Shown here piece by piece: positions 1 through 10,044 of a DNA stretch of 37,640 nucleotides. A model generated the notes under the pieces. It did no database searches and was not told the DNA's origin. It saw only the letters and a list, made by a program, of their open reading frames with translations. The position numbers and the translations under genes are program-made. Position 1 is the stretch's first letter. Every line of letters starts with the position of its first letter. Source of the DNA: a virus (Duplodnaviria > Caudoviricetes); IMG/VR virus record IMGVR_UViG_3300049165_000077, positions 1-37,640 of that record; one strand, written 5' to 3'.

Positions 1-19
1 ACCCCACCCCCTACCCCCC

Positions 20-409
20 ATGCCCAGAGCTAGCCACACCTGCACCACCAAAGGCTGCACGCAAGCAGTACCAGCAGGACGGTCACGATGCCCCCTCCAC
101 GCCAAGCAGGCAGACCAGCATCGGGGCACAGCACGCCAACGTGGCTACGGCACCACACACCAAGCCCGGTTCAGGGCAGGGGTACTCCGCACCCACCCTC
201 ACTGCACCTGCGGATCAGACCACCCCACACACCAAGGCCAGCCATGCGGGCATAAGTCGACAGTGGCAGACCACCACCCCCTCGACCGACGACAGCTGGT
301 AGCTCAAGGCCTCGACCCCAACGACCCAGCACATGGCCGCGGCCTCTGCGCCTCATGCCACAGCTGGCACACCGCACTACATCAGCCTGGAGGCTGGAAC
401 AGCGCCTGA
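20..409 (+). CDS. HNH endonuclease, packaging-associated
   Basis: CxC...ADHH...N...GRGLCASCHSWHT HNH/Zn motif, immediately upstream of the terminase genes. Confidence 0.85.
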   Translation: MPRASHTCTTKGCTQAVPAGRSRCPLHAKQADQHRGTARQRGYGTTHQARFRAGVLRTHPHCTCGSDHPTHQGQPCGHKSTVADHHPLDRRQLVAQGLDPNDPAHGRGLCASCHSWHTALHQPGGWNSA

Positions 410-504
410 GGCCGTCCAGAGGCCGAAAAGGCACTTCGAGCCAAAACCCGATTCGAGGTCACCCTCCGTTACGACCCCGGGGGGGTTATCCGAGATTTCC
501 TGCA

Positions 505-530
505 TATCGGGGACCGCGGGGGAGGTCGAT
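505..530. other. candidate cos (cohesive end) site
   Basis: Non-coding gap between HNH and TerS; GAC-CGCGGGGGA-G-GTC, a G-rich 9-mer flanked by a short inverted repeat. Position typical of HNH-associated 3'-cos phages. Confidence 0.45.
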
Positions 531-623
531 TCCCCTCCGTACGGGTTTCCAGGATTTTTCGTCACTCACAGTAACTATCGCTCGGGGCGATCCTGAGTGC
601 TCATTTCAGCCAGGAGGGGCGCG

Positions 624-1070
624 ATGCCTGGACCTGCACCTAAGCGTAACCCGGCGCGGCGCAATCGTCCGTCCACAGCGGCGACGCTGCACGTGGTTCA
701 CGACGTTGAGGCGCCGGAGCTGCCCGGCGGCTTGTGGCACAAGTTGACCCAGGAGTGGTGGGACGACATTTGGGCGTCCCCGATGGCACCTGAGTTCGAT
801 TCTTCGGACCGTCATGGCCTGTTCGCGCTCGCGATGCTGGTCAACGACTTCTGGATGGCTGAGTCAGCTTCGGACCGGGCGAAGCTGTCAGCGGAGATCC
901 GGTTGCAGCGTCAGTGCTTCGGTTTGACCCCGATCGACCGCCGGCGGTTGCAGTGGGAGATCGAGCGTACTGACGAGGCCGTCGACAAGGGACGTAAGCG
1001 CAGGTCAACGACCCAGAAAACGGGTGAAGCCGCTGGAGGCGATCCGCTCTCGGCACTGCGTGCGGTGTGA
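624..1070 (+). CDS. terS: terminase small subunit
   Basis: MPGPAPKRNPARRN N-terminus and EIRLQRQCFGLTPIDRRRLQWEI motif; AGGAGG RBS before ATG 624. Confidence 0.85.
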   Translation: MPGPAPKRNPARRNRPSTAATLHVVHDVEAPELPGGLWHKLTQEWWDDIWASPMAPEFDSSDRHGLFALAMLVNDFWMAESASDRAKLSAEIRLQRQCFGLTPIDRRRLQWEIERTDEAVDKGRKRRSTTQKTGEAAGGDPLSALRAV

Positions 1071-2767
1071 GCGTTTTCGTTGTTCCTCCGCTCGAGGAGG
1101 AGGCGTGGCCGACTCTTGGTCCGCTGGTGTGCGACCTGATTGAGGAGCGGGCCTGTTTCGGGCCTGGTGACCTCCGCGGCGAGCCAGCCGTGATCGATGT
1201 TGAGAAGCGGGCGCTGATTTACCGGGCGTATCAGGTGTTTCCGCGAGGGCATCCGCGGGCGGGCAAGCGCCGGTTCAAGCGGGTGGCGATCAGCCTCCGG
1301 AAGGGCTCGGCGAAGACTGAGCTGGCGGCGTGGGTGGCGTTTGCGGAACTGCATCCTGAGGGCCCGGTGCGTTGCGATGGGTTTGACGCCCATGGCAACC
1401 CTGTGGGGAGGCCGGTTCGGGACCCCTATATCCCGATGGTCGCGTACAACCAGGAGCAGGTTGAGGAGCTGGCGTACGGGGCGCTGCTGTGCATGTGCCA
1501 GGAAGGCCCGGACGCGGACCTGTTCGACACGACACTGGACCGGATCCGGCAGGTGTACGGCGACGGGAAAGCCGAGCCGATGGCGTCCAGCCCGAACGCG
1601 AACGATGGCGCCCGGACGACGTTCCAGCATTTCGACGAGACGCACCGGATGGTGCTGCCGCGCATCAAAGAAGCGCATTCGACGATGCTCATGAACATCC
1701 CGAAGCGGCCCCGCGCGGACCCGTGGTCGATGGAGACGACAACGACGTACGGCGAGGGCGAGAACTCGGTCGCGGAAGGCACGCACCGGTACGCGGACAT
1801 GGTTGCGAAGGGCGCCGCGAAAGACGCCACCCTGTTCTTCTTCCACCGTGAAGCCGCGGTTCGTGAAGACGAGGACCTGACGGACCTCGAGCAGCGCAAA
1901 GCGGCCGTCCGGGAAGCGAGCGGGCCTGCGATCGCGTTGTGGGACGACTTCGAAGGCCAAGTCGAGTCGATCGCGTCGCTGTACGACCAGCCGGATACGG
2001 ACAGATCGTATTGGGAGCGGGTGTGGCTGAACCGCCGCGTGTCGTCGTCGAAGCTCGCTTTCGATGTGGCCCGTTGGCGGATCCGACTCGCTGACCCAGA
2101 CTTCCGGGTCCCGGAGGGTGATCCGATCACGGTCGGGTTCGACGGGGCGCGGTGGCGGGACGCGGCAGGGTTCGTCGGGACGCACATGGAGACGGGTTTC
2201 CAGTGGGTGCTGGCGGTGTGGGAGAAACCCGATGATGTCGACCAGCAGGACTGGGAGGTCACCGACGACCAGGTCGACGGCGCCCTCGCAGACATCATGT
2301 CACGGTACAAGGTCGCGTTGCTGTACGCGGACCCCCCGAGGTTTGAAGCGAACATCGCCAAGTGGGCCGGCCTGTATGGGTCGAAGGTCCGGGAGTGGTA
2401 CACGAACCGGCCGAAGCAGATCGGGCAGGCCATGCGGGCGTGGCAGACCGCGATGACCTCGGAGGCGCTCTCGCACTCCGGCGATGAGGTGTTCACAAGG
2501 CATATCGGGAACGCCCGGCGAGGCAACGTCCGCGTCCGCGACGACGACGACACGCCTCTGTGGACGATCTACAAGAAGCGACCGGATTCACTGGACTACA
2601 TCGACCTCGCCATGGCTGGCTGTTTGAGCTGGCAGGCCCGGATTGACGCGCTCGCTCAGGGCGACTGGCAGCGACGCAGCGGCAAGATGATCGTACGGCG
2701 GGGGGTGGACAGTGGCCGAGGAAGCCCCAGAAATCCCGCCAGACCTGCTTCTCGAACGGCTCATTGA
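1067..2767 (+). CDS. terL: terminase large subunit
   Basis: Walker A-like RKGSAKTE, Walker B FDETH, nuclease GFDGA and IDLAMA motifs; GTGA overlap with terS. Confidence 0.95.
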   Translation: MSVFVVPPLEEEAWPTLGPLVCDLIEERACFGPGDLRGEPAVIDVEKRALIYRAYQVFPRGHPRAGKRRFKRVAISLRKGSAKTELAAWVAFAELHPEGPVRCDGFDAHGNPVGRPVRDPYIPMVAYNQEQVEELAYGALLCMCQEGPDADLFDTTLDRIRQVYGDGKAEPMASSPNANDGARTTFQHFDETHRMVLPRIKEAHSTMLMNIPKRPRADPWSMETTTTYGEGENSVAEGTHRYADMVAKGAAKDATLFFFHREAAVREDEDLTDLEQRKAAVREASGPAIALWDDFEGQVESIASLYDQPDTDRSYWERVWLNRRVSSSKLAFDVARWRIRLADPDFRVPEGDPITVGFDGARWRDAAGFVGTHMETGFQWVLAVWEKPDDVDQQDWEVTDDQVDGALADIMSRYKVALLYADPPRFEANIAKWAGLYGSKVREWYTNRPKQIGQAMRAWQTAMTSEALSHSGDEVFTRHIGNARRGNVRVRDDDDTPLWTIYKKRPDSLDYIDLAMAGCLSWQARIDALAQGDWQRRSGKMIVRRGVDSGRGSPRNPARPASRTAH

Positions 2768-4094
2768 GGCGCTTGAATCGCAGCAGACGAACCTGACGCT
2801 CATGGACCAGTACTACGAGGGCACGCAGCCGCTCCAGTACATGGTGCCGGCGTTGCAGGAGGAGCTCGGGGAGCGGATCACCCAACTGGTGATCAACTGG
2901 CCGAGACTGGGTGTCGACGCCTACGAGACCCGGCTGGACGTCGAGGGTTTCCGGATGCCCGGCGCCGCCGCCGCGGACGACGAGTTGTGGCGCGTGTGGC
3001 AGGCGAACGGGCTGGACGAGGTGTCGCAGCAGGCGCATCTAGAGGCGTTGATCATGGGCCGCTCGTACGTGATCGTGGGCGTCAACGAGCTCGACAACAC
3101 GACGCCGCTGATCACGGTCGAGCACCCGATGCAGGTGATCACCGAGCAGGACCCCAGGACCCGGCAGGTCACTGCCGGCGTGAAGGTGTGGACGGACCTC
3201 GAGGAGGTTCGGCACGCGACCCTGTACACCCCGAACGCCGACATTCGATTCGTGGAAGACGGCGAGTGGCGGCAGGAGGAGGTCGTGACGCACAACCGCG
3301 GCTTGTGCTCGGTGGTGCCGATGGTCAACCGGCCGCGGATGCTTAACCCGCTGGGGACAAGCGAGCTCGCTGATGTGATCCCGATTGCGAACGCCGCGAA
3401 CAAGCTTGCCACGGACATGATGATTTCCGCGGAGTTCCACGCCATGCCCCGGAGGGCGTGGTTCGGGATGACCGAGGACGACTTCACTGACGAGCAGGGC
3501 AATGCCTTGGGGGTGTGGTCTCGTGTCGCCGGCCGGGAGTGGGCTACGGCGCTGCGGAAGGGGTCTGAGGCGGATGTGCAGCAGTTCCCTGAGGCGGAAC
3601 TGTCGAACTTCCATAACTCGCTGAAACTGCTGGCGCAGGTCGCCTGCCAGGTGTTGGCGCTGCCGCCGCACTACATGCAGTTTGCGGGATCCAATCCGGC
3701 GTCCGCCGACGCGATCCGATCGTCGGAGTCGCAGCTGGTGAAGAAGGTCGAACGGAAACAGCGGTCGTTCGGTGGATCTTGGGAACAGGTTATGAGGCTG
3801 GCGTCTATTGTGGCCGGTAGCGGTGAGGACCCGGAGCTGGTCCGGCTGGAGACGATTTGGCGTGACGCTTCCACCCCGACGGTGGCGCAGAAGGCCGACG
3901 CCGCAGTGAAACTGTTCTCGCAGGGCATCTCCACGTTGCGGCAGACCCGTGAGGATGTCGGGTACACCGACACGCAGATCAAGGTCATGGAACAAGACGA
4001 CGCGGCGGCCCTCGCGAACGACCCTGTCGGCGCTATCGCTCGAGATCTGGCGGGTACGGGTGTCAACGCAGCAGGCACTGGCGCGGGCGCGTAG
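2712..4094 (+). CDS. portal protein (SPP1 gp6-like)
   Basis: YYEGTQPL...INWPRLGVD, NPASADAIR, WRDASTPT motifs; follows TerL. Confidence 0.93.
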   Translation: MAEEAPEIPPDLLLERLIEALESQQTNLTLMDQYYEGTQPLQYMVPALQEELGERITQLVINWPRLGVDAYETRLDVEGFRMPGAAAADDELWRVWQANGLDEVSQQAHLEALIMGRSYVIVGVNELDNTTPLITVEHPMQVITEQDPRTRQVTAGVKVWTDLEEVRHATLYTPNADIRFVEDGEWRQEEVVTHNRGLCSVVPMVNRPRMLNPLGTSELADVIPIANAANKLATDMMISAEFHAMPRRAWFGMTEDDFTDEQGNALGVWSRVAGREWATALRKGSEADVQQFPEAELSNFHNSLKLLAQVACQVLALPPHYMQFAGSNPASADAIRSSESQLVKKVERKQRSFGGSWEQVMRLASIVAGSGEDPELVRLETIWRDASTPTVAQKADAAVKLFSQGISTLRQTREDVGYTDTQIKVMEQDDAAALANDPVGAIARDLAGTGVNAAGTGAGA

Positions 4095-5091
4095 GTGGCA
4101 GCGGCTGCAAAACCGCACCGCCTCTGACGCCCTGAAAGCCGGTCGACGATTGTGGCGTCAGGTCGACCCGGACAGCATCGTTGATTCGTGGGCGAGACTG
4201 GTCCCGCAGTTGCTCGCAGTCGTGGCCGGCGCCCAGCTGATCGCTGGGCGCAGCGCCGACGAGTACGTGACGGCAGTCCTCCAGGACCAGGACATCGATC
4301 CCTCTGGGTCTGCGGTGATCGTCCCCGAAGGCCTTGTGGGGATTGCCGCGAACGGTGAGGACCTGGCCTCCACGTTGATGTGGCCGGCATGGGCTGCAAT
4401 GGCAGCGCTGGCTGGCGGAGCAGTGATCGGCCGGGCTCGGGCTGCGGGACTCATCGCGGCGGATCTGACAACGTCCACGCAGGTGCAGGACGCGTTCCGG
4501 ACTGCAGCCAGTGTCGCCGCAATTCCGAAGCGGGCCTCCACGTCGTGGGCTCGGGCGTTGACCGGGTCGGGGAACTGCTCCAGGTGCATCATTCTCGCCG
4601 GTACGTCGTCGTGGTCGGCGGCGTTCAAACGTCACCCGCGGTGTGACTGCACGGCCATCCCGTCGAACCGGTCTGCCGCTGCTGAAGTCGCCGCGGACCC
4701 GAAGTCGCTGTTCGAGTCGATGTCGAAGGAAGACCAGGACAAGACGTTCGGCAAAGCGGGGGCGCAAGCCATCCGCGACGGCGCGGACATGAACGCGATC
4801 GTCAACGCCCGCAGGAAATCGGCCGGGATCAAATCGGCCGCTGAAAACCAGCTGGGGCTTATCCGTGACCAGGGCGTCCTCGACGAGGTTCGGGGCCTGT
4901 CGGGAAACCCGCGGATCACGTTCTCCCGCACGATCGCGCAGAACCGCCGGGACAAGCGCATCCGGGTGATGCCCGAGACGATCTACCGAGTCGCCAGGGA
5001 CCGCGAACACGCCATTGAGCTGCTGAAAGCCAATGGGTTTATAGCCGAAGACTACCGCGACCGCCTTACGCGTGTTCGCGGCTTCGTCTGA
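4060..5091 (+). CDS. minor capsid / capsid maturation (MuF-like) protein
   Basis: CSRCIILAG...FKRHPRCDC motif; lies between portal and scaffold; GTG start at 4060 inferred. Confidence 0.75.
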   Translation: MSTQQALARARRWQRLQNRTASDALKAGRRLWRQVDPDSIVDSWARLVPQLLAVVAGAQLIAGRSADEYVTAVLQDQDIDPSGSAVIVPEGLVGIAANGEDLASTLMWPAWAAMAALAGGAVIGRARAAGLIAADLTTSTQVQDAFRTAASVAAIPKRASTSWARALTGSGNCSRCIILAGTSSWSAAFKRHPRCDCTAIPSNRSAAAEVAADPKSLFESMSKEDQDKTFGKAGAQAIRDGADMNAIVNARRKSAGIKSAAENQLGLIRDQGVLDEVRGLSGNPRITFSRTIAQNRRDKRIRVMPETIYRVARDREHAIELLKANGFIAEDYRDRLTRVRGFV

Positions 5092-5149
5092 CCCCAAGGT
5101 CAGGCACCACCAGCCCGGCGCGAGGCCGGGCCCACCACGGAAGGCCGAG

Positions 5150-5653
5150 ATGGCTGACGAACAAGAACCCACTCCCGAGGGCGTGACGCCCGAGGTGGAA
5201 GAAGTCCCTGCCGGCGACAAGCGCGCGGTCCTCGCCGATCTGGCGAAGGAACGCGACAAACGGCAGGAACTCGAACGGCTCCTGGAAGAGCTGAAGCCAC
5301 TGGCTGCGAAAGCCAAAGAGCTGGAGGACGCTCAGAAATCCGAGATCGAGCGGGCCAAAGAGGCCGCTACGGCAGCGGAGGAGCGGGCCGTTAAGGCGGA
5401 AGCCGAGGCGCTCAGGTACCGGATCGCCACAAAACACAGCATCTCCGATGAGGACGCGAAGCTGTGGCTGACCGGGACCAACGAGGAAGACCTCACCAAA
5501 CAGGCCGAACGGCTGGCCGAGCTGCAAGGGCAGCAGGCGAAGCCGCAACAGCAGCCGGACCCGTCTCAAGGCGCGCGTCCCCCCAAGCCCAAGAACCTTT
5601 GGGAAGAGGGACGCAAACGTGCCCAGGCGAGGTTCGGTACACCCGGTGCATAA
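5150..5653 (+). CDS. capsid scaffolding protein
   Basis: Acidic coiled coil (ELEDAQKSEIER, AEALRYRIA, PDPSQGAR) upstream of the capsid genes. Confidence 0.85.
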   Translation: MADEQEPTPEGVTPEVEEVPAGDKRAVLADLAKERDKRQELERLLEELKPLAAKAKELEDAQKSEIERAKEAATAAEERAVKAEAEALRYRIATKHSISDEDAKLWLTGTNEEDLTKQAERLAELQGQQAKPQQQPDPSQGARPPKPKNLWEEGRKRAQARFGTPGA

Positions 5654-5692
5654 CCGACCCCGTGCCGGGCGGGGATACCACAAGGAGGAAAC

Positions 5693-6085
5693 GTGGACAT
5701 CACCGTCCGCAGCGAGTCCTTCGGTGTCGAGAACCGTTCCTGGCTGGGATCGGCGCACGGCACCGACGCGACACGCACTGTCACGCTCGACGTGAGCGCA
5801 TTCACCGAGGCCACGCACTACCCCGACGGGTACATCCCGTCCGGTGTGGTGCTGGGTCGCATCACCGCCACCGGCCTGTACGGGCCGTACTCGAACGCTG
5901 CCGCGGATGGTCGAGAGACCGCCGCGGGGTTCCTGTTCAACTCAACGAAGGTCGAATCCGGCGGCGCCGACGTCGGCGCCCCGATGCTGGAGCACGGCAT
6001 GGTCGTGCAGGCCAACCTTCCCACCGGTCACGGTCTGGATGCCGCAGGCATCACCGAAATGGCCGGCCGGATCGTGGTCCGATAA
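5693..6085 (+). CDS. head decoration protein
   Basis: HYPDGYIPSGVVLGRITATGLYGPY...GFL; strong AAGGAGG RBS; precedes the major capsid gene. Confidence 0.8.
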   Translation: MDITVRSESFGVENRSWLGSAHGTDATRTVTLDVSAFTEATHYPDGYIPSGVVLGRITATGLYGPYSNAAADGRETAAGFLFNSTKVESGGADVGAPMLEHGMVVQANLPTGHGLDAAGITEMAGRIVVR

Positions 6086-6098
6086 GGAGGGATGACCG

Positions 6099-7133
6099 AT
6101 GCCTATCATCAGCGACTACGTCGACCCGGCCGCCCTCACCGCCTTCGTGCGTGAAGTGCCGCGGCCTGCCAACCAGATCCTGAACCAGTTCCTCCCGGAC
6201 CGGGTCCTCAACGACATCGAAGCGGTCATCGACTCGGTGACTCGAGTCAACCGGGCCGCAAAGTTCCGCAGCTACGACGCGGAGACCCCGATCGGGCAGC
6301 GGGACGGTCTGACGCAGAACCGCGTCATGCTGCCGCCGCTCGGTCAGAAAACGGTCCTAGGCGAGTTCGAGCGGCTCCAGCTGGAGCGGCTGCGCACCGG
6401 CGGGCAGGCCAACCAGGGCTTGATCGACGCGATCTACAACGACGCCGAGACCAACACGCGCGCGGTCCGAGCCCGCATGGAGCTCGCCCGCGGTGACGTC
6501 CTGGTAGACGGCAAGTTCACGCTCACCGCGGAGAACGGTCTGACCCTGGAGACCGACTGGGGTGTTCCCGCGGGGAACCTCGTGGCTCCGGGCACGCCCT
6601 GGTCGACCGTGGCGACCGCGACGCCGCTCGCAGACTTGGTCTCCTGGACCGACACGTACACGGCCCTGAACGGTGAGCCGCCGGCGTTCGCGCTGACCAG
6701 CCGTTCAGTGGTGGGGAACCTGCTGCGGAACGCGGAGATCCGCGGACTCGCGGCCTCGCTGGGTGGCACGCCGTCCATCGTGACCCGCCAGCAGCTCCAG
6801 ACCGTCCTGGAAGCCCACGCGCTCCCGACGATCATCGAGTACGACACGCAGGTCAACGTCAACGGCACCGACCAGCGGGTTATCCCCGCGGACCGGTTCG
6901 TGATGCTCCCGCAGGATCCCTCCACGCTGGGTTACACCGCGTGGGGCATCACCGCGGAGGCGCTCGAGCTCGCCGGTGTCTCCAACCCGACCATCGCGTT
7001 CGACGACGCTCCCGGCCTGATCGGTGTGGTCCTCAAAGAGGGCGACCCGGTCCGCACCTGGACCAAGGTGACCGGGGTCGGCATGCCCGTCATCGTGGAC
7101 CCGAACCGGCTCATGGTCGCCGACGTCCAGTAG
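6099..7133 (+). CDS. major capsid protein (lambda gpE-like family)
   Basis: AAKFRSYDAETPI, LPPLGQK, ARMELARG motifs; synteny; strong RBS. Confidence 0.9.
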   Translation: MPIISDYVDPAALTAFVREVPRPANQILNQFLPDRVLNDIEAVIDSVTRVNRAAKFRSYDAETPIGQRDGLTQNRVMLPPLGQKTVLGEFERLQLERLRTGGQANQGLIDAIYNDAETNTRAVRARMELARGDVLVDGKFTLTAENGLTLETDWGVPAGNLVAPGTPWSTVATATPLADLVSWTDTYTALNGEPPAFALTSRSVVGNLLRNAEIRGLAASLGGTPSIVTRQQLQTVLEAHALPTIIEYDTQVNVNGTDQRVIPADRFVMLPQDPSTLGYTAWGITAEALELAGVSNPTIAFDDAPGLIGVVLKEGDPVRTWTKVTGVGMPVIVDPNRLMVADVQ

Positions 7134-7142
7134 GAGGACATC

Positions 7143-7493
7143 ATGCGTAAGCTCGCAACCACGGTCCATGTCCATGACCCGGAGACCGGCCGTTCGGTCG
7201 TATTTCTAAAGGGAGCGACACCGCCCAAGCGGATCCAGGACCTGATCACCAACCAGTCCGTGTGGGAGACCAGCCAGGACACGGATGAGGCCGATCCCGT
7301 GGAGGACGCTGCCGAGGAGTCCACTCCGGTGCAGGACAGCTCTGCGGACGGGGAACCGCCGCGGTCGGGCAAGGGATCCTCGAAGGACGCCTGGGCGTCG
7401 TTCGCTTCACAGCACGGTGTCGGCGTGGATGACGAGGACTCTCGCGACGACATCGTCGCGAAGCTCATCGCCGCCGGCAAGATCAGCGAGTAG
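7143..7493 (+). CDS. hypothetical head-associated protein
   Basis: RBS GGAGG; C-terminal PPRSGKGSSKDAWASFA...SRDDIVA small helical domain often seen after actinophage capsid genes. Confidence 0.65.
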   Translation: MRKLATTVHVHDPETGRSVVFLKGATPPKRIQDLITNQSVWETSQDTDEADPVEDAAEESTPVQDSSADGEPPRSGKGSSKDAWASFASQHGVGVDDEDSRDDIVAKLIAAGKISE

Positions 7494-7507
7494 AGGGGTA
7501 GGCGGCG

Positions 7508-7879
7508 ATGGCGCTCTTCACGAAGGAACAGCTCGCCGCCTACCTCGATGTGGACGTCTCGGCGATCTCCGATGCGAGGTATGAGGTCCTCGAGGAGAAG
7601 ATCCGCGTCGAGATCATCAACATCATCGGGCAGACCCGGTTCGACTCGACCGAGGAGACCCGGTTCTTTTCGGTAGCGCTGGACATGGCGAAGCAGATGG
7701 GGATGAACCCTGGGGGCCTGCGGTCGCATCAGGAGTCGATCGACGACTGGTCCTTCACGGACACGTATGCGGCGGAGACCATCGGTGATTTCGAGGCGAC
7801 ACAGGCCGAAATCCGCCGGATCCGTAAGGCCGCGGGCATGAAGAACGCTTTCTCGATCGCGATTGTGGACCCGTCGTGA
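7508..7879 (+). CDS. head-to-tail adaptor
   Basis: QLAAYL...NPGGLRSHQESIDDWSFT motif; synteny. Confidence 0.75.
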   Translation: MALFTKEQLAAYLDVDVSAISDARYEVLEEKIRVEIINIIGQTRFDSTEETRFFSVALDMAKQMGMNPGGLRSHQESIDDWSFTDTYAAETIGDFEATQAEIRRIRKAAGMKNAFSIAIVDPS

Positions 7880-8307
7880 CGATCCTGACTGCGCTCGCTG
7901 AAGGCAGAGCCGCAGCTGAGGCGATCATGCTCGACACGTGCGTGATCAGGCGTGTCAGCGGCGAACCAGGTCCCGTGGATCCTGCGACAGGCCTGCGGAC
8001 GCCCGCACCGAGAACGGTCGTGTACCCGCTGCCTGACGCTGAAGCCCCACTCGACGGCCGGTGCAAGGTGCAGACGTTCGAACCGTACGAATCCAACCGC
8101 GACTCGGGCGGCCACATCTACACCGAGCAGCGGTACAGCCTCCACCTGCCGGTCGGGGCGGGCCCGGTCCATGTCGATGACGAAGTCGAGATTGTCACCG
8201 CCGTCTCCGATCCGCAACTGGTGGGACGCGAATACCGGATCGCCGGCCGACACAACAAGTCGCTGGCGACAGCGCAGCGACTCCCCATGGAGGAGGTGAT
8301 CGGATAA
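7876..8307 (+). CDS. head-to-tail stopper (DUF6093-like)
   Basis: GRAAAEAIMLDTCVIRR...GRCKVQ...LHLPV...KSLATAQR. Confidence 0.75.
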   Translation: MTILTALAEGRAAAEAIMLDTCVIRRVSGEPGPVDPATGLRTPAPRTVVYPLPDAEAPLDGRCKVQTFEPYESNRDSGGHIYTEQRYSLHLPVGAGPVHVDDEVEIVTAVSDPQLVGREYRIAGRHNKSLATAQRLPMEEVIG

Positions 8308-8693
8308 TGGCTGTTGAGCTCATCAACATCCTTGAGACTGCCACATGGCTGGACGACCTCGGAGAACAACTCATCGACGGCGTCGAAGACGCTCTCGAAT
8401 CAGGCGGCAACCGGGTCGTCTACCAAGCCAGAGACCTCCTACGGGGCCAGGGCGTTACCGGTACGTACCTGCCGCACTATCCGCGGACGATCACCTCGGA
8501 AGTGGACCGCTACTCCACCCACCTCGACCTGATCGTCGGACCCGAGTCCGGGCGGCCACAGGGAGGCATGGGACCCGGCGTGGAGTTCGGATCGGTGAAC
8601 ACCGGCCCGAAACCCCACCTGTACAACGCGTTCGACGACCGGGTCGAGGGGATCCTTGACCGGGTCGGACGAGTCATGGTGCACGGCAAATGA
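8307..8693 (+). CDS. tail completion / HK97 gp10-like neck protein
   Basis: HYPRTIT...GPESGRPQGGMG...EFGSVNTGPKPHL; synteny. Confidence 0.7.
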   Translation: MAVELINILETATWLDDLGEQLIDGVEDALESGGNRVVYQARDLLRGQGVTGTYLPHYPRTITSEVDRYSTHLDLIVGPESGRPQGGMGPGVEFGSVNTGPKPHLYNAFDDRVEGILDRVGRVMVHGK

Positions 8694-9097
8694 CCCTCGC
8701 TGATGGCGTGCTGGCGCTCGTGCGGGCACCGGTCCCCATGGTGACCGTGTTCGACAGCGGTGTACCCGACCAGGACGAGTCAGTGACCATCCCTGACCGG
8801 TTCGCCGTGTACTGGCCGGACACGGGGACCATCGAGAACTCCCAAGTGTCCATGGACCCCACCGGGGAGCTGTTCCGGTTCCAAGTGAACGCGGTCGCTC
8901 CCGACCGGGGCATGGCCGACTGGATCGCCCGGACCATCAGGGACGGCATCGTCAACGTCAAGCCCCGCATTCCCGGCTATCAGTGCGGCCGAATCCAGCA
9001 CGAATTCGCGCTTCCGGCTCAGATCGACGAACAGGTGCTGTCGAAGCGCCGAGTCCTTCTGATCAACCGGTACACGCTGCTCGCCGAGCAGCTCTAA
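8690..9097 (+). CDS. tail terminator
   Basis: Size and position directly before the major tail gene; ATGA coupling. Confidence 0.7.
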   Translation: MTLADGVLALVRAPVPMVTVFDSGVPDQDESVTIPDRFAVYWPDTGTIENSQVSMDPTGELFRFQVNAVAPDRGMADWIARTIRDGIVNVKPRIPGYQCGRIQHEFALPAQIDEQVLSKRRVLLINRYTLLAEQL

Positions 9098-9137
9098 CCA
9101 TCCGCCCGCACTCCGGGCACAACCAGAGGAGACAGCT

Positions 9138-9644
9138 GTGCCACGACTTGTGGACCAGGGCGTCACCCGGCTCACGTGGGTGCCGGGCGTTGACGGGATC
9201 GACGACATCACCGCACCCACGCTCGCCGAGCTCGCTACCGGCAGGGACTTGACCTGCCTCATGGTGTCGACCTACGAGGTCCGCATGGACGGATCCGACA
9301 CCACGTCGGAACGGGCCGTGTGCGAGACGTCCAACGTCGATGTTCCGACCATGTCCAACTACACCGCCAGGTTCGAACTGTTCCGGCAGTGGGACGACGT
9401 CACGGAGGCGTGGGAGACCGCTGACGTCCTCCAGTGGCTCGACTACAAGGACGTCGGTTATTTCGTGCGGCGCACCGGCTTCGCGCATGACGTCGCGTAC
9501 GCGGCCGGACAGCAGGTCGAGGTGTACAAGCTGATGGCCGACCACGCGCAGATCGCGGCCGGGACCGGGCAGGGCAACCTGAAAGCAACGATTCCCATGT
9601 TCAAGCAGGGGTCGGCGACGACCGCCGCTGTCGTGGCCGCGTAG
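9138..9644 (+). CDS. major tail protein
   Basis: LTWVPG..DITAPTLAELATGRDLTC...GYFVRRTG...GQQVEVY, typical actinophage tail tube. Confidence 0.88.
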   Translation: MPRLVDQGVTRLTWVPGVDGIDDITAPTLAELATGRDLTCLMVSTYEVRMDGSDTTSERAVCETSNVDVPTMSNYTARFELFRQWDDVTEAWETADVLQWLDYKDVGYFVRRTGFAHDVAYAAGQQVEVYKLMADHAQIAAGTGQGNLKATIPMFKQGSATTAAVVAA

Positions 9645-9655
9645 GAGAGACTGAC

Positions 9656-9973
9656 ATGGCGATTCTGACTCCCCAGAGCATTTCCTCGGCGGGCATCACG
9701 CCCACTGTCATCACGCCGGGAGCCTCCGGCGACAAAGTCCCGGTGAACTCGATCCTGCGCATCACGAACGGCACCGCAGGATCGATCACGATCACGCTGA
9801 CTACGCACCAGACCGTCGACGGTCTTGCCGTCACCGACCGGACCGTGAGCATCCCCGCCAGCGAGACCCGGGTCATCCGGGCGACGGGCGTCTACGCCAA
9901 TCCGGAAGACAACTACGTGGACGTGCTGTCGTCCGACACCACCGCTGCTGTCGACATCGAGGTCTACGTCTAG
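9656..9973 (+). CDS. small beta-rich structural protein (tail accessory)
   Basis: RBS AGGAG; Thr/Val-rich beta-sandwich-like sequence within the tail operon. Confidence 0.6.
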   Translation: MAILTPQSISSAGITPTVITPGASGDKVPVNSILRITNGTAGSITITLTTHQTVDGLAVTDRTVSIPASETRVIRATGVYANPEDNYVDVLSSDTTAAVDIEVYV

Positions 9974-9977
9974 AACG

Positions 9978-10038
9978 CCCGCCGTGCAGCCTCCCAGGTG
10001 CTGCACGGCGGGACTCACTCCACCTGGGAACCTGGGAG
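9978..10038 (+). promoter_or_regulatory. 13-bp hairpin with loop complementary to the downstream RBS (pseudoknot candidate)
   Basis: cccgccgtgcagc/gctgcacggcggg stem; loop CTCCCAGGT is the reverse complement of ACCTGGGAG at 10030-10038. Confidence 0.6.
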
Positions 10039-10044
10039 CACATC

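Noticed and set aside
2712-2767. 56-nt TerL/portal overlap as a recoding signal
   Set aside because: No slippery site; most simply a lost stop codon adding a disordered tail
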